Assembly: GCA_947626755.1 (NCBI GenBank)
Contig: CANQTP010000008.1
Location: 14,786-78,785, forward strand
Origin: an uncultured Clostridia bacterium
GTDB lineage: Bacteria; Bacillota; Clostridia; Oscillospirales; Ruminococcaceae
DNA: 64,000 nucleotides
Reading direction: 5' to 3'
The notes under the pieces were generated by a model. The model made no database searches, was not told the origin of the DNA, and saw only the letters and a list, made by a program, of their open reading frames with translations. Both the position numbers and the translations under genes were made by a program. This document shows positions 47,028 to 57,963 of this stretch, in pieces (the first letter of the stretch is position 1; each line of letters starts with the position of its first letter).

Positions 47028-48422
47028 TCATAACGGCATTGCGTGGATAGTTCCGTCCTCCGCAAGGGAGACCCTTGTACGGACATATTCCGCTTCTACC
47101 TTAAAGACTGCATCGTTTATGACTATCTTTACGCCCGGATACATATATCCTTTGCAGTCAATGGAAAGGTACTGCCTGTTTGCAAGAGAAAGGTCGATCT
47201 CCTGAATACGCTTGCGGAGTTTGTTTATCTCCACGCCCAGAAGAACTTTCTGACGGCAGGCGTTCCCAAGTATGACTTCCTTATCTTCCGGCAGAGCGTG
47301 AAGCTCCTTTTTCTTTTCATTCAGGAAGTTTATAACAAGAGTTATCTTTTCAAGTTCACCGCTGCTCTTTTCTATCTGTTTAAGAACAGTTTCTTTCTCC
47401 TGAGCAAGCAGCGCATTGTCGCCCACAGTAAGCTGTGTGGGAGTGTAGCTTTTAGTGCCGATGCTTGATGCGGTTATACTGTTGAGACAGGTATATTTTC
47501 CGCCCAGAAGTCCGCCGTTATTGCCCTTTGTGGAAAGTTCACCGCCGCAGTAAACATCGCAGATAACAAAGCTTATGGCGGAAAGATCACCGTCACATTC
47601 AATTGTGGAATGTTCGCAGAATTCCGCTGTTACCGAACCATGAGCTATAACATGGGAATTTATGCAGCCTTTTTTGATAATAACATCGCCGTCAGCTTCA
47701 AGGGACGCACCATTGACATTTCCCGAAACGATTATATTTGAGTTGGAAGAAATAGTAAATCCTTCCAAAACTTCGCCTTTGACGATAACATCGCCGACGA
47801 ACTTGATATTTCCCACCGAAGCGTCAACATTTCCCGAAATGGTAACAACCTGATCCACACAGAATGCGCCGTTGCGGAAATTGATATTTCCGTCGGAAGA
47901 ACATCTTATCTGCAAGCCGTCCTCGGTAAGTTCGGTGTTAGTTCCCACCGAATAAGAAGCTTTTTTGCCGAGACGCTGCCTGAGCACCTTGCCCTTAACG
48001 TCCGTTCCGGGAGTGCCTTCCGTAGGCAGAGTGATGTCCGCCACCACATCTCCCTTATGTACCGTTCTGATAAGACCGAGATCCTTATAATCCACAAAAC
48101 CGTTCTCGTCCTCAACAGGAGCGATCTTCAGCTGTTTTTCATAATGATAGGTAATTGTACCGTCCACGCCGTCAACAGCGGGAGTCCAGACCGCAACGAG
48201 GGTTCTTTCAGAATATCTTTTTTCGTTGGCAATCCTTTTTACAACATCTTCTTTTATACCATAAACAACGCCATTTGCTTTAAGGGAGTCCATTATCATT
48301 CCGATATTAACTTCTGCGCCGCCGTTTACAGGCGGTTCAACGGTAACGAAGGCTTCCGAACCGTTTCTTGCCACAGATACTTCCACAACACAGTCAACAG
48401 GCATATTCAAATTAACGGGCAT
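47028..48422 (-). CDS. FapA-family (DUF342) protein
   Basis: Beta-helix-like repeated G-x-V/I segments and a C-terminal coiled coil. AGGAGG SD before ATG 48422. Confidence 0.65.
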   Translation of the reverse strand: MPVNLNMPVDCVVEVSVARNGSEAFVTVEPPVNGGAEVNIGMIMDSLKANGVVYGIKEDVVKRIANEKRYSERTLVAVWTPAVDGVDGTITYHYEKQLKIAPVEDENGFVDYKDLGLIRTVHKGDVVADITLPTEGTPGTDVKGKVLRQRLGKKASYSVGTNTELTEDGLQIRCSSDGNINFRNGAFCVDQVVTISGNVDASVGNIKFVGDVIVKGEVLEGFTISSNSNIIVSGNVNGASLEADGDVIIKKGCINSHVIAHGSVTAEFCEHSTIECDGDLSAISFVICDVYCGGELSTKGNNGGLLGGKYTCLNSITASSIGTKSYTPTQLTVGDNALLAQEKETVLKQIEKSSGELEKITLVINFLNEKKKELHALPEDKEVILGNACRQKVLLGVEINKLRKRIQEIDLSLANRQYLSIDCKGYMYPGVKIVINDAVFKVEAEYVRTRVSLAEDGTIHAMPL

Positions 48423-48635
48423 AAGATCCCCTCCTATTAGTTTGATAACTTGCCGCATACCTATTCAAATTTAATTATACACCGGTTTGGCAAAAAACAC
48501 AATGCACCAATAAAATTTTTTTGTTAATTTTGTGTAAATTCATAATTTTTCGGCATGGTGTCAAAAAGCGTTACTAAGCGTTGCTAAGTGTTGCTATCGG
48601 AAAAATTTCACAAAGGCGGCAAAAGCCGTATGTAT

Positions 48636-49001
48636 TTAACGATTTTCAATAATAGTATCGCAGATGATATTATATTCCTTCTCCGCTTCGGCTGCGTCCT
48701 GCTCAAATCCTTCAAATATGTTGCTCCGCAGCTTTGAAACGATAACGTCCGCCTTCCGTGAAAGCTCATTCATTCCAAGATTTGCCGAAACTCCCTTTAA
48801 TTTGTGGGCAGCTTTAATAAGCGCATCATTGTCCCCCGCTTCGATGGCTTTTTTTATCGGCGTGATACGATCCTCATCGGGAAAGCGGGACAGGAATTTT
48901 ACATATATCTCATCATCGTCCATGAACCGCGAAACAGTTCCCTCAATATCCACGCCAAGCGCTTTAAGAGACATAAAGAGTTTATTATTTGTTATATCCA
49001 T
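48636..49001 (-). CDS. Hpt-domain phosphotransfer protein
   Basis: AAHKLKGVSANLGM phospho-His motif. Confidence 0.75.
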   Translation of the reverse strand: MDITNNKLFMSLKALGVDIEGTVSRFMDDDEIYVKFLSRFPDEDRITPIKKAIEAGDNDALIKAAHKLKGVSANLGMNELSRKADVIVSKLRSNIFEGFEQDAAEAEKEYNIICDTIIENR

Positions 49002-49127
49002 TATATCAGTCCTTTAAAAAATTTTGCAGAAATTATAGACTCTCTATATTATCTTAAAATATTATACTAAATTTTCAAAGACTTGTCAAGTGCTGTGCAA
49101 GATAAAACTATGATCGCCGTTAAAGGA

Positions 49128-50330
49128 TCAGTCAACAAGCTTTGGCTCGAAAGTCTCTTTCCAAGGCAAGCCCCACTTATTCAGCGCGTCCATAAACGGA
49201 TCGGGATCGAATTCCTCAACATTGTAGACTCCCGGCTTTTTCCACTTGCCTGTTAAAACCATCATCGCGCCTATCATGGCGGGAACTCCCGTTGTGTAGG
49301 ATATAGCCTGCGAACCAACTTCTTTGTAACATTCCTGATGGTCGCAAACGTTATAAACATAGTAATTTACGGGCTTGCCGTCCTTTTTGCCCTGCATTAT
49401 GCAGCCGATGTTGGTCTTTCCTTTGGTCCTCGGACCGAGAGAAGCGGGATCGGGGAGAACTGCTTTCAGGAACTGCAGGGGAACTATCTTCTTTCCCTCA
49501 AAATCAATGGGTTCAATTGAAGTCATGCCCACATTTTCAAGGCATTTCAGATGTGTAAGGTAGCTTTGCCCGAAAGTCATGAAAAAGCGTATGCGCTTTA
49601 TGCCGTTTATGTTCAGGGCAAGTGATTCAAGCTCCTCATGGTGGAGCAGATACATATCCTTTTCGCCAATTTCGGGGAAATCGTATACCCGCTTGATCTC
49701 CATAGGTTCAGTCTCCACCCACTTGCCGTCCTCGATGTAGCTTCCCTTTGCGGACACTTCGCGTATATTGATCTCGGGGTTGAAATTCGTTGCAAAAGGA
49801 TAGCCGTGATCGCCCGCGTTGCAGTCCAGTATGTCAATGTAGTTTATTTCATCAAAATAGTGTTTCTGAGCGTAAGCACAGAAAACTCCCGTAACTCCCG
49901 GGTCGAAGCCGCTGCCAAGAACCGCTGTTATCCCCGCTTTTTCAAATTTCTCACGATATGCCCACTGCCATTTGTATTCAAATTTTGCCGTGTCAACAGG
50001 CTCGTAATTTGCGGTATCCAGATAGTCGACTTTACATTCAAGACAAGCGTCCATTATGGTAAGATCCTGATACGGCAGGGCAACGTTTATGCAGATGTCG
50101 GGCTTGAAATCTTTCATCAGCTTTACAAGTTCCGCCGTGTTGTCGGCATTTACCGTGGCGGTGGAAATTTTTGTCTTTGTTTTTCCCTCCAATTTGGCTT
50201 TAAGGGCGTCACATTTTGAAACAGTCCTTGAAGCTATCATTATTTCGGAAAATACCTCCGAATTCTGACAGCACTTGTGGATTACTACGGACGCAACGCC
50301 GCCGCAGCCGATTATCAACGCTTTACTCAA
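49128..50330 (-). CDS. carboxynorspermidine synthase / saccharopine dehydrogenase family
   Basis: ALIIGCGGVASV Rossmann motif, ALPYQDLTIMDACLE, GFDPGVTGVF, NAGDHGYPFATNFNPEINIREV. Probable TTG start at 50330 (the ORF track extends to 50351). Confidence 0.75.
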   Translation of the reverse strand: MSKALIIGCGGVASVVIHKCCQNSEVFSEIMIASRTVSKCDALKAKLEGKTKTKISTATVNADNTAELVKLMKDFKPDICINVALPYQDLTIMDACLECKVDYLDTANYEPVDTAKFEYKWQWAYREKFEKAGITAVLGSGFDPGVTGVFCAYAQKHYFDEINYIDILDCNAGDHGYPFATNFNPEINIREVSAKGSYIEDGKWVETEPMEIKRVYDFPEIGEKDMYLLHHEELESLALNINGIKRIRFFMTFGQSYLTHLKCLENVGMTSIEPIDFEGKKIVPLQFLKAVLPDPASLGPRTKGKTNIGCIMQGKKDGKPVNYYVYNVCDHQECYKEVGSQAISYTTGVPAMIGAMMVLTGKWKKPGVYNVEEFDPDPFMDALNKWGLPWKETFEPKLVD

Positions 50331-50347
50331 TTTAAAACATTCCTTTC

Positions 50348-51736
50348 TCAATAAATATTTCCCGCTGTTCTGGGGAACGGTATCACATCGCGGATATTTG
50401 AAATTCCCGTAACGTACATTATAAGGCGTTCAAATCCCAGTCCGAAGCCCGCGTGCTTTGCTCCGCCGTAACGCCGCAGGTCAAGATACCAGCTGTAATC
50501 TTCCCGCGAAAGCCCCAGCTCGTCCATTCGCCTTTCAAGGACGTCTATCCGCTCCTCACGCTGACTTCCGCCGATAAGTTCGCCAACTCCGGGAACTAAC
50601 AGGTCAACCGCCGCAACGGTCTTTCCGTCGTCGTTCATTCTCATGTAGAACGCTTTTATCTCTTTCGGGTAGTCGGTGACGAACACGGGTTTCCCGAAGA
50701 TCTTCTCCGTCAGGAAACGTTCATGCTCGGTCTGCAAGTCACAGCCCCGGAATACGGGATATTCAAACTTTTCTCCGCTGTTTTCCAGAAGCTCGATGGC
50801 TTTCGTGTAAGGACATCTTGCAAATTCCGAGGAAGCCACTGCTTTTATTCTTTCAATAAGCCCTTTATCGTAGAAATTGTTGCAGAATTCCAGTTCCGCG
50901 GAACATTCTTCCAAAAGCGCGTTAAGAACGTATTTCAGCATACTTTCCGCAAGTTCCATGTCGTCCTCGAGGTCGGCAAAAGCAATCTCGGGCTCTATCA
51001 TCCAGAATTCCGCCGCATGCCTTGGGGTGTAGGACTTTTCTGCGCGGAAAGTCGGTCCGAAAGTATAAATTTTCCCGAAAGCCATAGCCATACATTCGCC
51101 TTCAAGCTGTCCCGAAACGGTGAGCGAAGCATTTTTCCCGAAAAAGTCGCTTGAATAGTCCACACTGCCGTCCTCGTTCTTCGGAACATTCCCAAGGTCG
51201 AAAGAGGTAACGCGGAACATCTCCCCCGCCCCCTCGCAGTCGCTTGCCGTAATTATAGGCGTATGTGCGTAAACGAAGCCGTTTTCATGGAAAAACCTGT
51301 GAAGTGCCTGCGAAGCGACCGAGCGTATTTTGAAAACAGCCTGAAAAGTATTCGTCCGCATACGAAGATGCGAGATCGTCCGCAGATATTCAAGAGTGTG
51401 CGACTTTTTCTGTAACGGATAGTCGGGCGAGGAAACGCCCTCCACCGTGACGGAATCGGCGTTTATTTCAAATTTCTGCTTTGCGTTCGGCGTGAGAATC
51501 ACCTTTCCCGTTACCGAAACAGCCGCGCCCGTGTTCAGCTTTGAAATCGTTTCAAAATCGGAAATTTTGCTTTCCTCCGCAACTATCTGCACGGGAGTGA
51601 AGCAGCTTCCGTCGGAAATGGAAATAAATGCAAGTCCCTTGCTTACCCGAAGCGATTTTACCCAGCCGCAAACGGTGACGGTTTCGTTAAAACTGTCGGG
51701 GGAATCGTATAATTTTTTAAGTTCTGTGCGTTTCAT
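50348..51736 (-). CDS. asnS: asparagine--tRNA ligase
   Basis: Class IIb aaRS: N-terminal [38 protein letters not shown]. Confidence 0.92.
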   Translation of the reverse strand: MKRTELKKLYDSPDSFNETVTVCGWVKSLRVSKGLAFISISDGSCFTPVQIVAEESKISDFETISKLNTGAAVSVTGKVILTPNAKQKFEINADSVTVEGVSSPDYPLQKKSHTLEYLRTISHLRMRTNTFQAVFKIRSVASQALHRFFHENGFVYAHTPIITASDCEGAGEMFRVTSFDLGNVPKNEDGSVDYSSDFFGKNASLTVSGQLEGECMAMAFGKIYTFGPTFRAEKSYTPRHAAEFWMIEPEIAFADLEDDMELAESMLKYVLNALLEECSAELEFCNNFYDKGLIERIKAVASSEFARCPYTKAIELLENSGEKFEYPVFRGCDLQTEHERFLTEKIFGKPVFVTDYPKEIKAFYMRMNDDGKTVAAVDLLVPGVGELIGGSQREERIDVLERRMDELGLSREDYSWYLDLRRYGGAKHAGFGLGFERLIMYVTGISNIRDVIPFPRTAGNIY

Positions 51737-52807
51737 TTATCTGCCTTTCTGCTTTGCATATAGATTTGTTTCCCAAGCGGGGATATAAAGCTGATGCCTT
51801 ATGTAAAGTTCAAGCTGCGGGTTCATTTCCTTTACAAGCAGCGGAAGTTCAAACATATCCTCGTTCCTGTGGTAAAGGGAACAGAGAATGCTTGCCCCGC
51901 CGCGGATATGTTCCCGCGCGCCAAGAAGCGCGTTCCGTTCCCCGCCCTCCACATCGAGCTTGATAATGTCAGCCTGCACCGGAACGGCTTTATCCGCCGC
52001 AAGAACGGGTATTTCCACCGTTTTCCCGACAGGCAAAAGGTGGGACATTTTCCCCTCATTTGCGGAAATGTTCACCACGCCTTCAGAATCCCCTGCCGCA
52101 GCGTTGAAAAGAGTTATCCTGTCATTGTCGGGGTAATTTTTGTAAAGCCTGCGAAAATTTTTCGGGTTGGGTTCAAAAGCGTAGATATGCTTGTATTTTC
52201 CCCCGCAGGCGGAAATAAATTCGTCAATGGTGTCTCCTCTGTACGCGCCCATGTCCACAAAAACGTCATTTTCCGAAATTGGGATAAGTTTTCCATAAAC
52301 TTCTTCCCGGGGCGCGGTGCAGCGGTCAAGATATTCAATTTTGCCGCTTATTTTGAAATTGATAATATCTGCATAGGTGCGGCGCGAAACATCGTCCGCA
52401 AGCATATCATACACCGACTGTATTTTTTCGGCATTTTCCAGACAATATTTATATGTAAACAAGCCCTCTCCCGCAACAGGAACATCGGGAGCAACAAGTT
52501 TATGTCGGGAAGCGATCTGCTTTATCCTGTCATAAAGGCTTCTGTACCCCGCCGCGAATGCAAGGACAATTACAAAATCGTCAATAAGCGATTCTATCTG
52601 CGAAAGAGTGTGAACGAGATGTCCCTCAAATGTATGTCCTCTTACAAATTCGTCACTGGCAAAAAATCCTGCAACGGGTATCCCGTATTCATCAAAAACT
52701 TTAAGAATTTTAAGTGCGCCGTCACCCATTCCGTAGATAAACACGGGAAGTTCGGTGTTTTTGAGAAATTCCCAGCAGTCTGTAGTTTCGGTAACGAAAT
52801 CAATCAT
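51737..52807 (-). CDS. FkbM-family methyltransferase
   Basis: VDMGAYRGD..YAFEPNPKNFRRL pattern. Start at 52807 overlaps the upstream gene by 8 nt. Confidence 0.65.
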   Translation of the reverse strand: MIDFVTETTDCWEFLKNTELPVFIYGMGDGALKILKVFDEYGIPVAGFFASDEFVRGHTFEGHLVHTLSQIESLIDDFVIVLAFAAGYRSLYDRIKQIASRHKLVAPDVPVAGEGLFTYKYCLENAEKIQSVYDMLADDVSRRTYADIINFKISGKIEYLDRCTAPREEVYGKLIPISENDVFVDMGAYRGDTIDEFISACGGKYKHIYAFEPNPKNFRRLYKNYPDNDRITLFNAAAGDSEGVVNISANEGKMSHLLPVGKTVEIPVLAADKAVPVQADIIKLDVEGGERNALLGAREHIRGGASILCSLYHRNEDMFELPLLVKEMNPQLELYIRHQLYIPAWETNLYAKQKGR

Positions 52808-53204
52808 CAATACCGTCCTCGTCACTGTCAATATCAACGTGCAGGTCGGAAGCGATCATATCCCTGCCGCGAGTGCGGTATTTATCCCGCTGAACGTCAA
52901 CATTTTCTTCCAGCTTCTTCATAAATTCACGGGGGTTCTTTATAGAAAGGATCTCCTTAACAGGTGTGTCGGTGTCGCGGCAGTTTATTACCACCGTTCC
53001 GCAGCCGAAGATCCGCTGTCCGAGAGGAAGTTTCAGGCTTTTATCCACTACGCGGTAAAGCTCGACTTCGTCCTCGGTAACGGAGAGGAAGCCCTTGCGG
53101 GTAATGAGTTTCTTATTTGTAAGGATATACCTTGTAAATGATATAGGCATACCGAGTATGCGCTTTTTGTCCGTCCAGACGCAGTCGTTATCAATTTTTG
53201 CCAT
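52800..53204 (-). CDS. bacterial PH (bPH_2-like) domain protein
   Basis: YILTNKKLITRKGFLSVTEDEVELYRVVD pattern. Confidence 0.5.
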   Translation of the reverse strand: MAKIDNDCVWTDKKRILGMPISFTRYILTNKKLITRKGFLSVTEDEVELYRVVDKSLKLPLGQRIFGCGTVVINCRDTDTPVKEILSIKNPREFMKKLEENVDVQRDKYRTRGRDMIASDLHVDIDSDEDGIDD

Positions 53205-53291
53205 AGTATCTATTCCTTTCATAATAAAAGTTAAGAACTGCTGTACTTATTATACAATACTTTCCGAAAAAAATCAACAGTTGAAGGCAAT

Positions 53292-53321
53292 AAAAAACCG
53301 CCTTTCTTCGCGAAAGGCGGT
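53292..53321 (-). terminator. rho-independent terminator of clpB
   Basis: On the - strand: ACCGCCTTTCG..CGAAAGGCGGT followed by TTTTTT. Confidence 0.8.
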
Positions 53322-53326
53322 CAGGA

Positions 53327-55948
53327 TCAGCTCTGCGATCCTTTCTCACACGAAAGTGTAAGCTCATTTCCGTCAAAATCAACTTTCAGCACGGAGTAAG
53401 GCTCAACATCATCGGCAATGATCGTCCGCGCTATCATGGTCTCAAGCCTGCGCTGAATGAAACGCTTTAACGGTCTTGCGCCGTAGATGGGGTCGTAACC
53501 CTCCTTGACAATGTAGTCCTTTGCCGCGTCGGTAACGGAAACGTCCAACTGCTTGCTCTTCAAACGGTTCTTCAGATCACCCAGCATAAGGTCGATTATA
53601 GGATAAATTTCCTTTTTGGTAAGCGGCTTGTAGAACACTATCTCGTCCAGACGATTCAGGAATTCGGGACGGAAATGTCCTTTCAGCACTTTGTTGACCT
53701 GCTCCCGCGCTTCGTCCGAGATAACGCCGTTTTCATCAATTCCGTCAAGAATGTAGTCCGAGCCGAGGTTGGAAGTCAGGATAATTATTGTGTTCTTGAA
53801 ATCCACCGTTCTGCCCTGCGAATCGGTAACGCGTCCGTCATCAAGAATTTGCAGAAGAATGTTGAACACATCGGGGTGCGCTTTTTCCACTTCGTCAAAG
53901 AGAATTACCGCATAGGGCTTGCGGCGTACCGCTTCGGTAAGCTGACCGCCCTCCTCGTAACCAACATATCCCGGAGGTGCGCCGATCAGACGGCTGACGC
54001 TGTGTTTCTCCATATATTCGGTCATGTCGATGCGGACAATGTTATGCTCATCGTCAAAAAGCGACTGTGCAAGGGCTTTGGCAAGCTCCGTCTTTCCCAC
54101 ACCTGTGGGTCCCATGAACAGGAAAGAACCGATAGGACGGTTGGGATCCTGTATTCCCGCTCTTGAACGGAGTATTGCTTCGCTGACTTTCCGAACGGCT
54201 TCTTCCTGACCGATAACGCGTTTATGCAGGATATTTTCCAGATTGAGAAGCTTTTCCCTTTCGCCTTCCATAAGTTTGGAAACGGGTATGCCCGTCCATC
54301 TGCCCACTATGCGGGCTATCTCCTCGTCGGTGACTTTGTCGCGGAGAAGATTGTCCGCCTGTTCCTTCTGCTTTTCGGCGGCGTCCTCCGCTTCTTCCAG
54401 TTCCTTTTTCAGGGCGGGAAGTTTTCCGTATTTCAGCTCGGCGGCTTTGTTGAGATCGTAAGAGCGTTCCGCTTCCGCAATATCCGCATTGGTGTTTTCA
54501 ATGTCCTCACGGAGTTTCTGCAAACGGGAAATGGTGACTTTTTCGTTTTCCCAGCGGGCTTTCATTCCGTCAAATTCCGCGCGCATTTCCGCAAGTTCTT
54601 TCTGCACTTCCGCAAGTTCCTCGGCGGCAAGTTTTCCTTCCTCTTTTTTCAGAGCCGTTTCCGCAATTTCCTGCTGCATTATCTTTCGCGCAAGGTCGTC
54701 CATTTCCGCAGGCATGGAATCCATTTCGGTGCGAATAAGCGCGCAGGCTTCGTCCACAAGGTCGATAGCTTTATCGGGAAGAAATCTGTCGGAAATATAT
54801 CTGTTTGAAAGCACTGCCGCGGTGATAAGCGCGGAATCCTGAATTTTTACGCCGTGGAAAACTTCATACCGCTCTTTCAGACCGCGCAGAATGGAGATCG
54901 TATCCTCAACGGTAGGTTCGTCCGCCATAACAGGCTGGAAACGCCGTTCAAGAGCGGGGTCTTTTTCAATATACTTGCGGTATTCGTTGAGAGTTGTCGC
55001 GCCGATGCAGTGAAGCTCGCCGCGGGCAAGCATAGGTTTCAGAAGATTTCCCGCATCCATAGCGCCGTCGGTCTTTCCCGCGCCCACAATGGTGTGGAGT
55101 TCATCAATGAACAGGATTATCCGTCCGTCCGACTTCTTGACTTCGTTGAGAACGGCTTTCAAACGTTCCTCAAACTCGCCGCGGAATTTTGCGCCGGAAA
55201 TAAGACTTCCCATGTCAAGGCTGAACAGACGGCGTTCTTTCAGGTTGTCGGGAACGTCTCCGCGGACGATACGCAGGGCAAGTCCCTCAACGATAGCGGT
55301 CTTGCCGACGCCCGGTTCGCCGATGATAACGGGGTTATTCTTGGTTTTTCTGGAAAGTATGCGGATAACGTTCCGTATTTCCGCGTCACGTCCGATAACG
55401 GGATCAAGCTTGTTCTGTCTTGCAAGTTCCACAAGATCCTGACCGTATTTTTTGAGGACGTCATATGTTTCTTCGGGAGAATCGCTTGTGACCCGCTGAT
55501 TTCCGCGGACTTCTTTAAGCGCTTCGAGGAATCTGTTCCTGTCCGCTCCGAAAGTTCCGAAAAGCTTTTTCAGGCGGTCGTTTGCGGTCTCAAAAAGCGA
55601 AAGCATGATATGTTCCACCGAAACGAACTCGTCTTTCATGCTGTCGGCGATGTTTTCGGCTTTGTTAAGGCACTTGTCAACATCTTGTGAGATGTACACT
55701 GTGTTTGCTTCACGTCCGCTGCCCGTAACTTTCGGAAGTGCGGCAATGAGCTTTTCTGCGGAAGCTTCCAGCGAAGCCGCGTCAATTCCCATTTTTGTGA
55801 AAAGCTGCGGTATCAGACCGTTTTCTGCGGCAAGCAGGGCATGGAAAAGATGTTCCTGCTCCACGTTCATGTTCTGATACTCGATGGCTGTGCTCTGGGC
55901 ATCATTTATTGCTTCCAGAGATTTTTTTGTGAGTTTCTGAGCGTTCAT
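53327..55948 (-). CDS. clpB: ATP-dependent chaperone ClpB
   Basis: Two AAA+ modules ([16 protein letters not shown]) with a long middle coiled coil. 873 aa from ATG 55948. Confidence 0.93.
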   Translation of the reverse strand: MNAQKLTKKSLEAINDAQSTAIEYQNMNVEQEHLFHALLAAENGLIPQLFTKMGIDAASLEASAEKLIAALPKVTGSGREANTVYISQDVDKCLNKAENIADSMKDEFVSVEHIMLSLFETANDRLKKLFGTFGADRNRFLEALKEVRGNQRVTSDSPEETYDVLKKYGQDLVELARQNKLDPVIGRDAEIRNVIRILSRKTKNNPVIIGEPGVGKTAIVEGLALRIVRGDVPDNLKERRLFSLDMGSLISGAKFRGEFEERLKAVLNEVKKSDGRIILFIDELHTIVGAGKTDGAMDAGNLLKPMLARGELHCIGATTLNEYRKYIEKDPALERRFQPVMADEPTVEDTISILRGLKERYEVFHGVKIQDSALITAAVLSNRYISDRFLPDKAIDLVDEACALIRTEMDSMPAEMDDLARKIMQQEIAETALKKEEGKLAAEELAEVQKELAEMRAEFDGMKARWENEKVTISRLQKLREDIENTNADIAEAERSYDLNKAAELKYGKLPALKKELEEAEDAAEKQKEQADNLLRDKVTDEEIARIVGRWTGIPVSKLMEGEREKLLNLENILHKRVIGQEEAVRKVSEAILRSRAGIQDPNRPIGSFLFMGPTGVGKTELAKALAQSLFDDEHNIVRIDMTEYMEKHSVSRLIGAPPGYVGYEEGGQLTEAVRRKPYAVILFDEVEKAHPDVFNILLQILDDGRVTDSQGRTVDFKNTIIILTSNLGSDYILDGIDENGVISDEAREQVNKVLKGHFRPEFLNRLDEIVFYKPLTKKEIYPIIDLMLGDLKNRLKSKQLDVSVTDAAKDYIVKEGYDPIYGARPLKRFIQRRLETMIARTIIADDVEPYSVLKVDFDGNELTLSCEKGSQS

Positions 55949-56160
55949 AAACATTCCGCCTTTCTGTAATTTTTTTCAAATTTTGTAGGATTTTGTCGAA
56001 TTTTCTGTTATTATCTGATTTTATGTAAAATTTTTGCGCATTTTGAAAAATTATGACAAATTTTCTTGTTTTTTCCCGAAAAATTAATATTGCGGCAAAA
56101 GTCTGTATGTTATATAATTTTCTTACGGCGCCGAAATACAATATCGAGAAAGGAAAAAAT

Positions 56161-56427
56161 ATGAAGGATCTGAAAAACATCAATACTGCAAAGGGGAAAC
56201 TTACATACACCGTTTTCAGCGAGGAGCGCGACGGTTCCGAACGCTACGGGATAGCCGTATCTTCGGGGATATTCGGAGAAACGGAGACTGCATCGGTGCA
56301 TGATATAACCACGGATATTTCTTTTGCGGAGGGACTTGCATCTCTCCTTGCGGATAATCTGGTTCTGCCGTCCACATTATCGGAAGTTGTCGAAGAATAT
56401 CTGGCAGTAAAATTTACTGTTCATTAA
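56161..56427 (+). CDS. small hypothetical protein (88 aa)
   Basis: GAAAGGA SD before ATG 56161. No family recognised. Confidence 0.45.
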   Translation: MKDLKNINTAKGKLTYTVFSEERDGSERYGIAVSSGIFGETETASVHDITTDISFAEGLASLLADNLVLPSTLSEVVEEYLAVKFTVH

Positions 56428-56437
56428 TAAATTGTCC

Positions 56438-56466
56438 TTGAAAAATCGGGAAATGTGTTTTATAAT
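56438..56466 (+). promoter_or_regulatory. sigma-A type promoter upstream of smpB
   Basis: TTGAAA, 17-nt spacer, TATAAT. Confidence 0.55.
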
Positions 56467-56510
56467 AATATATTACCTGTTGATAAATGCCGCCCGAAAG
56501 GATATTTGTT

Positions 56511-56978
56511 ATGGATAAGACATCTTTTAAAACTATCGCCGAAAACCGCAAGGCTCGGCACGAATATTTTATCCTTGACAGCTATGAAGCAGGTATCGAA
56601 CTTGTGGGCACCGAAGTCAAGTCTATCCGCCGCGGCGGTGTGAACCTTAAAGACAGCTGGTGTACAATTGAGGACGGCGAACTGTGGGTCAAGGGTATGC
56701 ACATTTCTCCCTACGACCACGGAAACATTTTTAACCGCGATCCTATGAGAGTCCGCAAGCTGCTGCTCCACAAAAAGCAGATAATGCAGCTTCTTGGAAA
56801 GGTGAAACAGGAAGGCTTGACGCTTATTCCCATTTCGCTTTATTTCAAAGGCTCGATGGTGAAAATGCAGGTAGGTCTTTGCAAGGGCAAAAAGCTTCAT
56901 GACAAGCGCGATGATATGGCAGAACGCGCTGCAAAGCGTGATATTGAACGAGCCGTCAAGGAACGCAACAACCGTTAA
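56511..56978 (+). CDS. smpB: SsrA-binding protein SmpB
   Basis: [13 protein letters not shown]...GTEVKSIR...LLLHKKQI. Confidence 0.93.
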   Translation: MDKTSFKTIAENRKARHEYFILDSYEAGIELVGTEVKSIRRGGVNLKDSWCTIEDGELWVKGMHISPYDHGNIFNRDPMRVRKLLLHKKQIMQLLGKVKQEGLTLIPISLYFKGSMVKMQVGLCKGKKLHDKRDDMAERAAKRDIERAVKERNNR

Positions 56979-57013
56979 GTTTATTTCCCGCCGTTCATGC
57001 GGCGGGTCAATAT

Positions 57014-57363
57014 GGGGATGTAAAGGTTTCGACGGGGATCATGAAACATGATAAGCGAGCAGAGGAAGCGCCATTCTCTTTAAACGGCGACGTTTTAAAA
57101 TTAGACGACAACAATAATTTTGAATTGGCAGCCGCTTAAGCGCTGCCCGTCCTGCCTTTGAGTACCGTGGCTTAGGCAAGGGCGTCGACTAACGGTGAAC
57201 GTCACAGAAAAGTGCCTGCGTTTCTGTGGTGTATTGCAGGCTACCAAGCCTTTCGGGGTGTTTGTCCTCGGGAAGGCAAGGGAATGTCAATGACAAACTA
57301 CGCTCGTAGAAGTTCATGCGGAGAGGTTTTCGGACACGGGTTCGATTCCCGTCATCTCCACCA
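57014..57363 (+). ncRNA. ssrA: transfer-messenger RNA (tmRNA)
   Basis: 5' GGGGATGTAAAGGTTTCGACGGGG, 3' GGTTCGATTCCCGTCATCTCCACCA. Tag ORF ends ..DDNNNFELAAA-TAA (stop 57137-57139). Directly after smpB. Confidence 0.93.
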
Positions 57364-57902
57364 CAAGGCTGAGCCTTGACGCTTTCAGGCAAAGTTCAGC
57401 AATTTCCCGCTTATGTATACCGTGCATGAAGCAAGACGAGGTCTGCAAGAGTTTTGAGAGTTGAGAGTTGAGAGTTGAGATGTTGCAGTAACGTTTATAT
57501 CTCAACTTTCAATGCTTTTGCAGATTTAACTTTGCTTTATCTCACGGCAGGTATTAATTTGATGTAAGCAAAATTATGCCTGAAAGGGTGCAGGCTCAGC
57601 CTGCGAGTTGAGATATTGCAGTAACGCTTATATCTCAACTTTCAATGCTTTTGCAGATTTAACTTTGCTTTATCTCACGGCAGGTATTAAGTTAGAAATC
57701 ACTAAATAATGCCTGACTGGGTGCAGGCTCAGCCTGCGAGTTGAGATATTGCAGTAACGCTTATATCTCAACTTTCAATGCTTTTGCAGATTTAACTTTG
57801 CTTTATCTCACGGCAGGCATTAAGTTAGAAATCACTAAATAATGCCTGACTGGGTGCAGGCTCAGCCTGCTCTCAACTCTCCACTCTTAACTCTCAACTC
57901 TT
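57364..57902 (+). repeat. one inverted plus three tandem 133-bp structured repeats flanked by inverted GAGTTGA heptamer runs
   Basis: Tandem copies at 57472-57604, 57605-57737 and 57738-57870; copies 2 and 3 differ at 1 nt. An inverted diverged copy lies at 57364-57471. Left run GAGAGTTGAGAGTTGAGAGTTGAGA, right run TCTCAACTCTCCACTCTTAACTCTCAACTC. Confidence 0.9.
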
Positions 57903-57963
57903 ATTATAGTATAATAGTATATTATGAACTTTTAACGATATATTTGTGTATAAAAAGTAAAAA

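Noticed and set aside
51700-51800. T-box leader upstream of asnS
   Set aside because: The asnS start abuts the stop of the upstream FkbM-family gene, leaving no room for a leader.
51794-52924. 376-aa ORF on the + strand
   Set aside because: It is antisense to the FkbM-family and PH-domain genes, with no SD and an implausible composition.
55949-56160. CtsR box or CIRCE upstream of clpB
   Set aside because: There is no GGTCAAA direct repeat and no TTAGCACTC palindrome, only AT-rich sequence with short ACAAAAT repeats. No regulator site can be supported.
57189-57505. Two short - strand ORFs (57189-57392 and 57314-57505)
   Set aside because: They overlap the tmRNA gene and the repeat array, have no SD, and are explained by the RNA gene and repeats.
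57472-57870. Possible CRISPR array
   Set aside because: The whole 133-bp unit is repeated head to tail with no unique spacers between short repeats. The period is far longer than CRISPR repeat-plus-spacer units of this kind would give, and there are no cas genes in the window.
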